A stretch of 56,957 nucleotides of DNA, the filler included, from Sphacelaria rigidula (Eukaryota): assembly GCA_964200075.2 (NCBI GenBank). It is 5 parts of 5 records of this genome, joined end to end, with 100 filler letters (N's around TTAATTAATTAA, not from the genome) between each part and the next. Parts side by side here need not be neighbours in the genome. Positions count along the whole stretch, not along the records: positions 34,237 to 45,547 come from CAXNAA020005083.1; positions 45,648 to 56,957 come from CAXNAA020005084.1; 3 more parts are not named here. One strand, 5' to 3'. A program made the translations under genes and the position numbers. This document shows, piece by piece, positions 35,141 through 47,750 of this stretch; position 1 is the first letter of the stretch, and the number at the start of each line of letters is the position of its first letter. Under the pieces are notes generated by a model. It was not told the DNA's origin. It saw nothing but the letters and a program-made list of their open reading frames with translations, and did no database searches.

Positions 35141-38100
35141 GCGCGTTTGTGCGAGGATGTGAGCTTCAAACGTGCACACTTCTAACTACTTGGTTTGTGT
35201 ACGAAAACATCTTTTGGGGTGAATTTTACGTCAAGGCAGAAAAATTGTACGAGATTTTCGAGTTTCTCCACCGAACTTCGTGCCTGTGTTCCTTGTACCA
35301 TCCCGGGACGCATCATGCCATTATTAATTTTTTTTAGTCATTCTGTACCGACTTCCGGGGGTCTTTGTACTGGGACCCCCGGAAGTCGGTAGACAACGGA
35401 GAAACTTCGAACCCTTGCTAGGAACACATTTTTTTCATTTGGAGCATCAATACCTACGGAACTGGCAAGTTTGAGGATAATCTGAGCTTGTCTACAACAG
35501 ATATAAGGGAAATCGTCACGAGGCACCCTGAGTCTTTCCTGCGTATCATGAGTCGCCAAACTCCACATCACCGAAACATTACGGTTTCGGGTATAGAGTG
35601 ATGCTATACGGTAGGGGTACACAAATATTTTCTGAGGGTAGAAATGTTAGGAGCCCTTCATCTCATCCAAAACACGAGTCATGAAAATATGCGAGAGTAC
35701 GCCAGGATTACTATTCCAATATGTTGGGGATATCCCGAATAAATCTGCAAACGGGGATGCCCTGAGCCATATTCTTGTTGTGCGTCTAGAATCGTGAGGA
35801 GTCCCTGAACCAGACAAGATTTCGCGAAAAAAGTGCACCCCTACCGTAGCATTGCTCTATATAATTCGACCCCGTTGGAACCCTTTTCGAATCCGTTTCT
35901 CCCGTCAGATTCTTGAGGTGATGACGGCCACTACGAGTTGAAGCATTTGGAGATTCGGTGGAAATTGGGCTTGGAATTCGTATCTTTCTATTTCGGAACA
36001 TTTTGTAAGGCACTGATTGGTCGAGACAGGTTTTTGTCCATAGCGCCACCGCTATAGCCTTAAACAAAAATCCGACAATGTCACCCTCTTCGTCTGTTCA
36101 TTGCGGTCAGTATGATACCATGTATGCGACTATTGGGTACGTATTGCAGAAGGCATTTGCTGATGACAGTTTTTTTTCTTTTTCGTGAACCAGCCTGTAT
36201 ATCAATTCAATGTATTTTACTGTATAGGAAGCAGTACAGTTTTTGCCAAAATAATCTGCTGCAAGGGGTGTGGGTGATTCATGTCCAGGTAAAATACCAA
36301 GCCACTTCCGGGGTACTTTCAACTGAACGTCTGCGTAAGGGTACAGCGTGGGTCGAATGATCTGTCATCTGGTTGATCTAGGCAGCGAATTTTCTGCAGA
36401 TTGGTGAAGAAAGCACCATTTTCCCCCGGTTGGTCTATGCAGCAAGAGGTATGTGCGAAAGCACCATTTTCGGACTAGCAAGCATCCGTTTTTCACACCC
36501 AAATCGAGGCGAAAAAATATTTATCACATAGTCTTCGGGGAACGGAAGACGATAAACTCTCAAAAATAGTTTCAGGGAGGTCGGAGGGCATGAGGTGGTC
36601 CATATGAAAGTCATTTGTCATGACTTCAGGTCAAGAAAAACACTATTTTCAGTTGAACCTCGTTGTAATGTTTGAACTCATTTTCGAGGAGACTCTCTTG
36701 TGTGTGCTTTGTTGTTCACTCGATCAATCCATTGTGAAGATGACTCACTGGCGCAGCGAATTCGAGCCGAACGGTCGCGGTCTTAATGATTTATTGCATA
36801 TGACAAGAAAAAGATTCCCGCCGCCATTTTTTCAACTGCGTCGCCCCTACTCTTACCTGTGCTATTCAGCAGTGTCATGGCTGTGTTTACGCTGCTCAAA
36901 ACTCGCCTATTATGAGAATATACGGTCTGAATCAGCAGAGGTGCGAGGTGGGGCTAGAGGAGGTGGTTATTGTATCATTGTTGAAGGACATATCTGGGTG
37001 CAAGGCGGCGGACCAGCTCCCGAGCACCTTCGCATTTTTTCGTGTCTGTATAAAACCAGGCGAATCTAAAAATAATACAAAATTACGCCCAAGCTCTGGT
37101 AACACGCACGGCACGGCTAGCAGAGCTACCTTTACCTGAAGAAATTCCTGCAGGCCGAGTCGTTCAACGATGAAGGGGGGATCAAAATCGCTATTTTGTT
37201 TTACATAGAAGGGCAAGGAGCGTTTTCACTGGTGCTCGTTTTGGAAAAAAAAGCACACGATGTGTTGTCTGAGGTAATCTTTCATCCTCCCGCACGGCTG
37301 AACGCATTCCTATGACCTTGTTCGAGCTTGTTCCACAGAACAACCACAACCTTAACGTCGATACATGATGAAGGACAAGGTCGCGGCGAGAATAGTGCTG
37401 TACCAACCCCCCCCCCATCCCCCCAACCCCAACCGTGCTTGAACGACTCGCTGTGACCTGGATGTGTGATGCGAAATGCCACTGGGCAGCTTGAATCTTG
37501 CAAAGATGATACCCGGAAGTAGCATATTTTTTAGCCTCGCGGAGCGGAGCTGGTGAGGGTAAAGAGGGGACTGCTTTTACCCACGTGTGTGCGCTGTCAG
37601 ACTCCCAGTTGGTCGCCCGATCCGGCACGTTTCCTGGCAATGAAGTTGTATTCGACAGATTAAATCTTCTTGAAGTGAGAAAGCCCAATGTGTGAGGTCC
37701 CGTTTCTTGTCAGTTTCCACTCGTACGCTGAATTTCTGAAGAACGTATATCCTACAAGCGGGCCCGTTATGACTGTAGTACACGAGAACCGCATAGATAT
37801 TTACTGTGGAGATGAGGTTCCCACGTAGGCCGTTGAAGGTCATGTCTCATCGATTATTCTGCCTATGTCCAAGATGTTTTTTTCTGGGTTAAGGCGAGGA
37901 CTGATGGCGGGAACCCAATGTGTAACACTGAACCTCACTCCCCCCACACCCTGTTTGTAGTACCTGTATACGAAGGCAATATGTGAAATGAGGTGTTTGG
38001 TCACATTCAGTACATAAAACCTAGTCATGTCCAAAGGAATGTACACGTTTGTTTTTTGCAGTGTCAAGTCAGTGGCATGGAAATTGCCCATCAAGCAGAA

Positions 38101-38179
38101 CAAGTGAGGTTCGAGTTTGCCGGATTAATTGAGGTAAACATCGTTCCATTGTATATATATATATATATATATTCCCATC

Positions 38180-38492
38180 GTTCCATCGTATTTCTTTATT
38201 TAATTTGTACTTTCCTCTTGTTTTCCTCTTTCTTGCTTTAGGTCGGCCATTTCTTTCTGCGCTTTGCTTGTGTTGAATTTTTATCACTTTTTTTTGTCGC
38301 GACTCAGTCTGGTGTGTCGTTCTGTTCGATCCCTCTTTCTTTTTTTTCCTGTTTCTATTGTTTTCTGTTCTTTTTCTTTTTTTTTTCCGTAGAGCGTGTT
38401 TGAATTCCATATTTCTTGAGTACATCTATCATGAGACCACAGTTGGACCCCTGGGGAGTCACTTAAAGTGCGACAATCAATCAATCAATCAA
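38180..38492 (+). mobile_element. Family A retroposon 3' end
   Basis: T-rich body, then atcatgagaccacagttggacccctggggagtcacttaaagtgcgacaatcaatcaatcaatcaa. Confidence 0.72.
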
Positions 38493-38929
38493 ACACGCTT
38501 CGTTGCAGTTTCGAGGTACGTCGATTGATAGCTCGTTTGCTGTAGTCATATTCCTACCGGATGGGGAGTCGACGTTCTCCATGATCTCCGAGAGACAGTA
38601 TACCAATACGTATGTACACGTAGAGAATACATCTGAAAAAAACTTCCCTCACGTATAATTTGAAACGGACAGCATAGTATTTTGTGGGGTTGGGTCATTG
38701 GTTGATTTGGGTTTTTGATAAACGGATCCAATGGAAGGGTTGAACTTTGGTTGGTCTGGGGGTTTGGTATACGGAACCACAAAGGAAACGGGCCGTGCTT
38801 TTTGCTGTCGAGTATAGAAGGCACAAAATATAGCAAACGCAGCGAAATGGGAGAAATCAGACCTGCATCGACGGTATGAAAATGTAAGCAGACAAAATGG
38901 GTACAATGAGACGTGCGGTCGAAACCTGA

Positions 38930-40480
38930 AACAGTGTTCTCTCAGAGCGCTTCCTGATAAAGATCTTTACATCCGTCACCAACTCCTTCACGTATTCCGC
39001 GTTGCACGTGCGGAGCGCCTTGCACAACTCTGCCGTTGCGATTGTACCAATCTGATGGCAGATGTATTGACGTTCATCTTTCAGATAGACCGTGGAGCAC
39101 CGCCTTGCTGGTGGGGAATTCCTTCAGCGTTGCTTCGGCTTCGGGAAGAACGGAAGAGACAGACGTCTAGGTGGTAAACTCGAAGCATCGTACTGGCGAC
39201 CTCGACGACGTTTTATGGCTGCCACATGAAGACGCATGCGCAGGTATCGGCGAGACATTGGTGTGCAGCGACGATATCAATTATTTCAACCAGAAATCAC
39301 ACCGCTGCCTTCAGTCGTGGTCCATCAGGCACTTGATCTTTTCATGACCACGGAAGCACAGCCAGCGTCCTCAGATATTCCGCTTTGATTTAGCAAAACG
39401 TGATGCATCTGCATACACCTTCCCAGGATATACTAAACTCGTGATATAAAGCAGAACTAAGATGGCCATGCACGCTCCGCGGACACAGTCGAATAAACCC
39501 TCTTCCCGATTGAAAGAGGTGTATTGCTCCCGACTACACGCGGACCCACTTTGCACGCGAGTCCTAGACCGACCTTGCGAGCACTTTTATCGCCCCCCTC
39601 GAGGATGCAATATACCACCTTCAGCATGTTGAACACGCCAACGAAGAGTGCAAGCTCCACGTGAGGGGTCCGCAAGCTGCTTCGTGGTCGAGGAATGTCG
39701 CCTACACGGTTGAAAAGTACACGAAAAAAGAGAACATGAGCAATCAGAGAACACCGCGAGTGTGATCCTTTTCGGAGGGATAGTGGGACGCACCAGGATA
39801 CGTACTATGCGGTACGAAAAAGGAGTACAGACCGAGTAAACCACATCCAAACCGGTCGCGCCGTACCGCACAACGCTAGAAACCCAAGTTTGGCGCACCC
39901 GATCGCACAAGCCCGAAATCAACCTGTCTTCGACCTTCAGAACGACGTAAGAAAATAAGTTGCGCGGCTCCATTGGAGTTCTTGCAGGTGCGGATGAATG
40001 TGCAGATGGGGTCAAAGATTGTCGATGTTGATGATCACCTTCTGCGAGAAACACCAACAGTGAGACACGTGTTGCTTCCACGTCTTGTCCGCCATTTCCT
40101 CGAACACGAGCTTTGGCCGCGAGGCTGGGAAGGAACACGCGACCGAGCCTCGTCTGGATGTTGGGCACTTTTCCCAATGTAACGTGCTTCGCTGCATACA
40201 AAGTACATGATTGGTGTTTGCGAGAGACATACGAAAGCACGTAGCCCCCTACGGGTTGTATAGGTTGAGATCCGCCGCGCACCACGATCGCACTTAGTGA
40301 ACTAGCCACGAACACCTCCCCGTGTTGTTGCCCAAGGAGAGCGAAGCACCAGACTATCATCGTCTTGTCGTGGAGAGCAATCGTCGCCCTGAGCACGAAC
40401 TCGCGGTTGGCAGAGAACCCGTCGAAGTTGAAGCACAGCGCTCGGTCCTGTATTTGAAATGGTTATGGATCGGCTTACAT
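38930..40480 (-). pseudogene. Probable degenerate hAT-like transposase
   Basis: Ordered fragments LCFNFDGFS (FDG at 40426-40418), KLVFEEMADKTWKQHVSHCW, AG/GT-bounded LRTPHVELALFVGVFNMLKVVYCILEGGD (39676-39574) and ELCKALRTCNAEY; similarity judged by eye; stops and frameshifts present. Confidence 0.4.
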
Positions 40481-40609
40481 CCATGTTTTCATATACCGGG
40501 GGAGAGATGGGTTGGTCGAATCCCTAGAGACCACGGAATCGTCCCTAGGAAGGAGAGGAGTCACAAGGGTGGCGAAAAAGAAACAATATGTACTCACACA
40601 TAGATATAA

Positions 40610-42394
40610 ATCAAGGGTAGGTCGAGTAGAGTATGTACTTTCGCGTACTCGAGTAAAATACTCAAGTATTTACTCAACTCGACGTTTGAGTAGGTCGAGT
40701 ACGACCTCAAATACTCCACTCAAACTTTGAGTAGGTGGAGTACGGCCTCAAATACTCCACTCAAAGTTTGGGTACGTTGAGTGCGGCCTCAAATACTCTA
40801 CTCAAATTTTGAGTTAGTACTCTCAGTAATACTTGAGCATAGAGTGTCACTTGAGTATGACCTTAATAATCTACTCAATTTTTGAGTAGGTTGAGTACGG
40901 CCTCAAATAATCTACTCAACTTTTGAGTAGGTTGAGTATGGCCTCGAATACTCTATTCAATTTTTGAGTAGGTCGAGTACGACCTCAAATACTCCACTCA
41001 AATTTTGAGCAAGCACTCTGAGTAATACTTGAGTATAGAGTGTCACTTGAGTATGACCTCAATACTCTACTCAATGTTTGAGTACGTCGAGTACGGCCTC
41101 AAGTACACCACTCAAATTTTGAGTAGGTTGAGTATGGTCTCAAATACTCTACTCAAATATTGAGTAAGCACTCTCAGTAATACTTGAGTATCAAGTACTC
41201 CTTGGGTATGGTGAGTACACCTGACAGTCGGCGACTTCGTGACGTCACTTCACAGACTATATTGAATACATGGGCGACGTTACATCACAGCCAACAAGGA
41301 GTATGAGCGAATGATGGCCATTAAATAATGAAAAAAGCGTGCAGGTGAATGAATCTACCTGCACCAGCGCTCCATCTCACCAGCCCCCACCCACGGCAGT
41401 TCATACTCGATACCTCGCAAGGCCTTTGATATCACTTTCAGAACAGAGCGCTACTCATCATCATCGAGAAATCGAAAAGACGATTAGTAGAGTAGGTATT
41501 ATCAAAATGACTATTTTGTCTCTTGTTGTGTGTGCTCGACAGATCGTGAATCCTGAATTTCGTTACGTGGCGCTGTTTTCATGTGCCTCATGACCCCTTT
41601 CGTCATCAGCTGTTTCCCCTTTTCTCTACTTGCAGACGGGTGAAACGCGTCACACACGCAGTGACATGTCCGGATGCCCGGGTATGGACTATACACAAGA
41701 CTTCGACTGCCAATCCTTCGATACAAGTTTGACGATTTGCAGTACCCCTCCAGTTTACTCGGTACAATCCGAACGCCCGTCAACAATACCCCAACATTCA
41801 TTCTACCCTAGTTTTGTATCATTTGGTTCTGATCCGAATGTCTGCTGCAGTTTGACCGTGAATCAACACTCATCATGGGTGGGCAACTCCAGGGATACCT
41901 CGGTGTGTCCCCTACCCGAGTTTGAGTATCTTGTGTACGAACTTGAATATTGAAGTTAAAGTCATAGGTTTTCGGTACGTCGAATCCGGCCTCAGATACT
42001 CTACTCAAATTTTGAGTAGACCGAGTACGGCCTCAAATACTCAACTCAAGTTTTGAGGAGGTCGAGTACGACCTCCAATACTCAACTCAATTTTTGAGTA
42101 AGCACTCTCAGTAAATTTAGAGTATAGAATATCACTTGAGTATGACCTCAATACTCTACTCAAATTTTGAGTACGTTGAGTATGGCCTCAAATACTCTAC
42201 TCAAAGATTGAGTAAGCACTCTTAGTAATACTTGAGTGTAGAGTATCACTTGAGTATGACCTCAAGTACTCTACCCGAATGATTGAGTAGGTTGAGTACG
42301 ACCTCAAATACTCTACTCAAAACTTCGAGAACTAAAATTATGGCTCTTCAAAAATACTGAGTATTGAGGATACCCTACTCGACCTACCCTTGAT
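40610..42394. mobile_element. 1.78-kb non-autonomous TIR element with two subterminal arrays of a 41-bp quasi-palindromic unit
   Basis: 20-bp perfect inverted repeat ATCAAGGGTAGGTCGAGTAG (40610-40629) / CTACTCGACCTACCCTTGAT (42375-42394); unit TTGAGTAGGTCGAGTACGACCTCAAATACTCCACTCAAACT at 40686 and 40727; arrays at about 40637-41218 and 41918-42365. Confidence 0.88.
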
Positions 42395-44269
42395 ATATAC
42401 TCCGGAGTATATATAGCAGGTTTCTGCTACTGCAGTGATGCTTACTCATTGCGAACGTTGCTGATTCTGTCTCACTTCCACCACCACGTACATCAAGGGC
42501 TGTACCACAGGAGCACTGATTTTGTTTTCACCAACCGGAATACGTAAATGTAGCAGCGGAGCGGAGGCCCGGTTGTCGATCTTCGGTCTCTCGGCCAGCA
42601 CGTCCGTCACGTATGAGGAGATGATGTTCGTGTTGTTCGTACCACCCTGCTATATTTGAAGTTGCACAAGGCGCTTCATGATCTCAAGTTTTCCGTCACG
42701 ACCGGGATGCACGTACCGAAGGCTTTCTCGGGGTGGCATTTATACGGAAACTCATGAACTCTGACAACTCAGGCACACATACTATGCATACCGACAAACT
42801 TTAGGGACAGTAAGACATCAAGAGCATCTCCCACATTGCAATTACTGCAACGACACCGAGCTGCCACACTGCAGGCCGGTCCGCACAGACTAATGACGGA
42901 AGAAACAGCGAATGGAAACTTCACCGAAAGCGGGACTACAAAACAGGGATTGCGTATAGGACGTTTCACGGGCTCGTGCGAACGTAGAGGTTCCTCGATG
43001 TACAGCTGATTCTATCAGCAGTTAGCGAGAGCACAAACGCCCCCGTATTTGATTGAGCGATAGTCCCTTTTTTGCCACGTAGTGTTTAGTTAACGAAAAT
43101 CGGTTTGATAAGGAGTGCGCAACACCACCATGCGCAAGATGTGCCATAATAGAGACAGGTGTATTATGGGCGCGGTTTTGCATCATTTCTACTGCGTCAC
43201 GATTACTCAACACATCGGTTCTCGCTCAGGTTTGTGCACTCGAAACCCCGAACAGTACACCGTAGTCAGTGAAACAAGAGCTACATCCTGGTGTGCGTAC
43301 TGTTGCATCGCGAGCAGTAGAGCCCACACGGTGTAGGTGCAGTGGTGTGCGCATCCAAGTGTCATCTTTCTAACCGCACCACTTGGTCGCTGAAAAATCG
43401 CCACGGTTCCGTGCATGTTCCCGTTCGTCTGCCCGTTCTTTTCTTCAAGCCATCAGAAGAGTAGTATCAACCGTTCCGATGGCTTGAAAAAATGACTGCC
43501 AGAAAAACGTATGATCTAGAAAAAGACTCTGGAAAACCATTCATGGCAGTTTTTCTTGATTACCAGAAGATTTTGAAACCGTTTTCGCGTGACTTTGAAA
43601 CAGGTCTGATGGATTATACTCCATGATGGGGGCGCCCGCCCGCGTGATACTTCGTCCCTCAGAAGTGACCACGCACTGAACCGCTCATTCAGCTACCACC
43701 AGACTACCACCACCAGACCAATCAGTCAGGGTTGTCTAAGTGGCGCAGTGGGTGGTCCGTTGTAACGAAGAAACGAAGTACCGAGCGCGAATTATGTTCG
43801 CTTGAGATGCTTATATTTTGGCCGAACGGTATATCTAGGAGAATCACATCAAGCTGATATTTACAAGCAACTCAGGCCTAGGAAACAGATGTCGAGTGTG
43901 TTGGCAAATACCCTTAGACACTTTTAGTGTGGTCAGAAAGGCTGGCGCTGGTGGCGGTCATGCCGTCCGAAGAGACACACTGCGTTAGGAGTATAGGCAA
44001 AAAATGATGTTAAAGGTGCCGTTCGCGAGTAAGAAAATCCAGAACAACCCACTGTGCTGTGCATTCCGGAGAAGTGTAACAGAGGGGGGTGACGCCAACG
44101 TCAGACCAAGATGTCGGTGAAAGTCCCGCGACGATCTACGCTACTATTTCGCCGCATCTCCCACTTCATGTGCATGTGATCTAATGACGTTATTGTACTT
44201 GCCCCCTGATCTCACACAGAGCACAACTTCACGAAGCGTTGACTTCATAAACTCTGAAGCCTCATTTAT

Positions 44270-45547
44270 CAGCACTCCCCCTCAACGCAAGTACCCGCTG
44301 GTTTTTGGTTCCGACGAGGTGTCCACCACCCGGCATAACCATCCCAGCACGGTGCCCTGTCTACGTCGTTCAGAAAAAAAAAATAGAACAAGTCCTGGAG
44401 TTGAACTGGCGTCAAGCATTAAACGCGTTGATGAATTCGACAAGGTAGCGGTGCCGCGAACATCAGTTCCCCCCAGAGAAAGGTTGGCAGACCGCTGTCG
44501 GTGAGCATGCCCGAACCATGGCTGCGAGCTTCCTCCCGACGCGCTCGGATTGGCCGATTTGCTGTGGCGTGTTGGTGCTGGGGTGCTCCAGCAATACTCC
44601 TGCTTGGCGGCAGTAGCCCTTGGACTCGTTGCCTGTGAAGTCTCCCCTTTATCAGCCCTCAGTCGCTCGACGCGAACCCCCTCAGGAATGTCCATCGACG
44701 GAACGAACGACTGGAATGTGTGAAGTGAGCTGTTCCTGGTTGTCGGGCGGTGAATCTCCGTCCATCTGTTGTATTCATCGGAGGTATTCCGGGCATACTT
44801 GAAGTCCCTGAGCGCCTTCGGTGTGAATGGTTCCATCACATCTCTTATGACCAGCTGAAACGCGCGTTGGATCTTGTGAACGGCCATCTTCGAGTGGACC
44901 AGTCGGTGTCTTTTCCCGACGGCGCAAACGTCGCCATCCGGCACGGTTTCACCGAAGTTCACCTCGTCGTCATCTACCGATGGAGGTACCCCATTCGCCA
45001 ATGCTATAAGGTGGGGGATAGTGTGGCGGCAACTTCGGCTTGCATTGCCAGTCCAGGCGCACCGCTACCGCCGATGAGTTCCAACGATGTGGTCTTTCGT
45101 TAAACAACCAGGTTTTGATAGCTGAAGAGTTTGTACCTCAATACGGGAATGGTGATATCTTCGAAGTGGTATCCTGACGCCCTACTGTTCACCACCACGC
45201 TGACGGTACTGTTGTGGCCGCCGTTCCATTCTCTTACGGCCGATTCTGCCGCAAGAGCCAAGCCATCCTCCGCGTCGGTGATGCCGCCAAACATTTTAGG
45301 CTGGCTATCGTTGTTCGGCTTTACTTGGTGATACAACGAGCAACCGAAACGTCAGCCAGATACAAGGCATTAATGTCACTACCGCAAATGTACGGACTGG
45401 GGTGGACAACGTCCCGCTGATCACCAGAAACATGTTCTTGGCTCTGTCCCGAAGTCCCAGTCCTTCGAGTGGCCCTTCTTCCGTTTTTATTTTTTTCCCT
45501 CACACTTTGAACCCCTCCCCTTCCTCGGGATGAGTCCGTGGTCTCAA
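44270..45547 (-). mobile_element. Degenerate Ty1/Copia retrotransposon fragment (protease region to integrase)
   Basis: VVVNSRASGYHF (decayed DSGAS.H); pre-integrase VCAVGK; rve-like FQLVIRDVMEPFTP...DEYNRW...VERLRADKGE; integrase follows protease; no RT seen. Confidence 0.85.
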
Positions 45548-45647
45548 NNNNNNNNNNNNNNNNNNNNNNNNNNNNNNNNNNNNNNNNNNNNTTAATTAAT
45601 TAANNNNNNNNNNNNNNNNNNNNNNNNNNNNNNNNNNNNNNNNNNNN
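45548..45647. other. Artificial contig linker
   Basis: N44-TTAATTAATTAA-N44. Confidence 0.97.
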
Positions 45648-46887
45648 CTCTCCATCGCTTTGCCACAGAGTCAATTCTGTCGATCTACTTCCTCCTCCAC
45701 ACGACGATTGTTCCATCTCTCCCTTCTTTTTGGCAGGTCTATGATTTTGCATACTGTAGTCATATGACGATCGACGTCGCATCCCTACAAAGTGTGTGGG
45801 AGGGGTGTACACATGATCTTGCACGTCGTTTCCTCAAGACCATTGACCTCGCATCTCTACAAAGCCGGGACGGAGCACGCCGGGTTCTCGCCAGACCAGT
45901 GCAAGGCGGGGAGGGGGGGGAAGATGAGGTTCTCATCAACGTGTTGATACTCCAACGCAGCCTACAGTACACAGCCCTCCTTCCGTCATTGGTTGTGTCT
46001 GCTTGAGAATGTGCCCCTTTTCAGCGATCCGACCGTCACCGTTAGGGTGGAGAGAACGTGGGTTCGATGCCCACCAGATGCATCAGGTTCGTTCATGAAA
46101 TAATCTCATTTCCACAGTCGAAAGCATGAGGACGTAAGGGGGCAGAAGGCACTTCACTGAGTTTGTGTGGCGACTCGACGCGGTGTGGGAGTGCTGATAG
46201 TCATGACTCAATCCGCGAGACCAGAATGCAAGGCGTGTATCGGGGAGAGATGAGTTCATCCTTCATATCACGGTCTTGCCAGGAGGAAGGGAGGGGAACC
46301 TGGAGGGAAACAAAACGTGGACAATTCTGCTCAGACACGTATCGCTGTGCCTCTTTGCTCGATCTCCTCGTCCATCCCGAGCCCATTTCGATAATAGTCA
46401 TGAGAAAATGAGCCTTTTACTGTCAGTAGAAGGCGCTCATGTTGAGAGGTTAATGCGCAAGAATGTAGTTTTAGCCGTTGCAAGCTCCGGTGCTCAACGG
46501 CTGGGACTACTACCGTCGCTACACATTACACCACCATAGGCATGTTGTACACACTTCCTACGCCAGTCTGGCTCCGTAGGCTGTTTGGCAACTAGCCCGA
46601 CCTCAGGAAAGACAAAGAACATGTTTCCTGGGAACGGCGGCTACACCAGTTTATCTTCATGTATTTCCCGTCTTTTGTCATCTCGCCCGGCTATGTTTCC
46701 ACGACATCGCAACACAACGACTGAAGAGTAGAAACAACAGCTACGGCATGGAGAGTTGACAGAAAAGAAGCGTTGCGACCACACGCAAGAAAGAGCTCTA
46801 CAGCGTTGCTTAAAGGACCACTCGGGGGGTCGAAAAAAGCCAAAAGATTGCGTAACGCTTGGATCCGCCCCTCTTTGTTACACTCAC

Positions 46888-47009
46888 CTTGATGGCTTCT
46901 CCCCGGCTCATCTGCTCCACAGGGCTAGACGCGCTCATGGTCATCTTGGAGGATGGTCTCGTGGCGCCCGAGGCACGGAGAGGGGTGCCGACGAAGGCCG
47001 ACGCGCATG
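46888..47009 (-). CDS. Exon 2 of a plastid-targeted protein (end of signal peptide plus transit peptide); later exons not found
   Basis: ctaatacttctcgcag| acceptor (phase 1); (A)CASAFVGTPLRASGATRPSSKMTMSASSPVEQMSRGEAIK|gtgagt; ASA-F heterokont cleavage motif. Confidence 0.72.
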
Positions 47010-47542
47010 CTGCGAGAAGTATTAGAGGGGACTGAACACATAAGTCGAACTTCAATGATGTTTTGAAGAAAACGGCTCAAAACCCTACAAGACTCGACAT
47101 AAATGCACACCATCCCTGGGCAGACAGCTACCTACAGTGCGGACCGCGCGTCTGATACCCCTGTGGGAGAGCCAGCATCAGGAAGGATAGTGGCACACAT
47201 GTTCTTTCCACGATCGAGAAAGAGAACAGCAGCAGAAGCGACAGATAACCCTGTGGCAGATTCGAACGCGCGTGGGGGGGGGGGGATTCCAATATAGACC
47301 CAAACCCCGTATAACCCGCCGCAGTCCGTGTGGTACGGTAGTCACCGGCTGAACCTGACGAACTGTGGATTTTTTCCTTTAATTTTGTACTGTAAACAGA
47401 ACGATGTTTTATTTTCGTGACATTTTCCTGCATTTTTGAGCCAACATGACATGCACGTCAACAACGATACAGGAGGGTGAGAGGATTCTTCCGTCTCAGG
47501 AAAAGACGTTGTGTGAATTGGATTGCTTGGAGCAGCTGGGCA

Positions 47543-47625
47543 TGCGTCCAGAAGAGGACAGGATTGATTGATTTGATTGATTGATTGACTGATTGATTAT
47601 CTGCGTCCAGAAGAGGACAAGATTG
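47543..47625 (-). mobile_element. Tail-only retroposon insertion: (GATT)n flanked by a 24-bp duplication
   Basis: tgcgtccagaagaggacaRgattg at 47543-47566 and 47602-47625. Confidence 0.7.
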
Positions 47626-47750
47626 CACAGTCATCGACCAAGACCAGACAATTCCATAAATAACCAGCTTGAACAAGACACCATGTATCACGCATCGCAT
47701 CCGGTGTTGTGATCAACCACCTCTGCACGAAAAAGAACCACTCTAGTTAA

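Noticed and set aside
40637..42365. CRISPR-like array of palindromic repeats
   Set aside because: Units are contiguous and degenerate with no unique spacers, there are no cas genes, the context is eukaryotic, and the arrays are enclosed by TIRs
47010..47113. Alternative start: ATG at 47113 spliced over 79 nt to 47031 (MSPLILLAACASAF)
   Set aside because: Gives a very short signal peptide; the acceptor at 47010 has a better branch point and yields a typical 17-aa signal with exon 53060-53024. Not fully excluded
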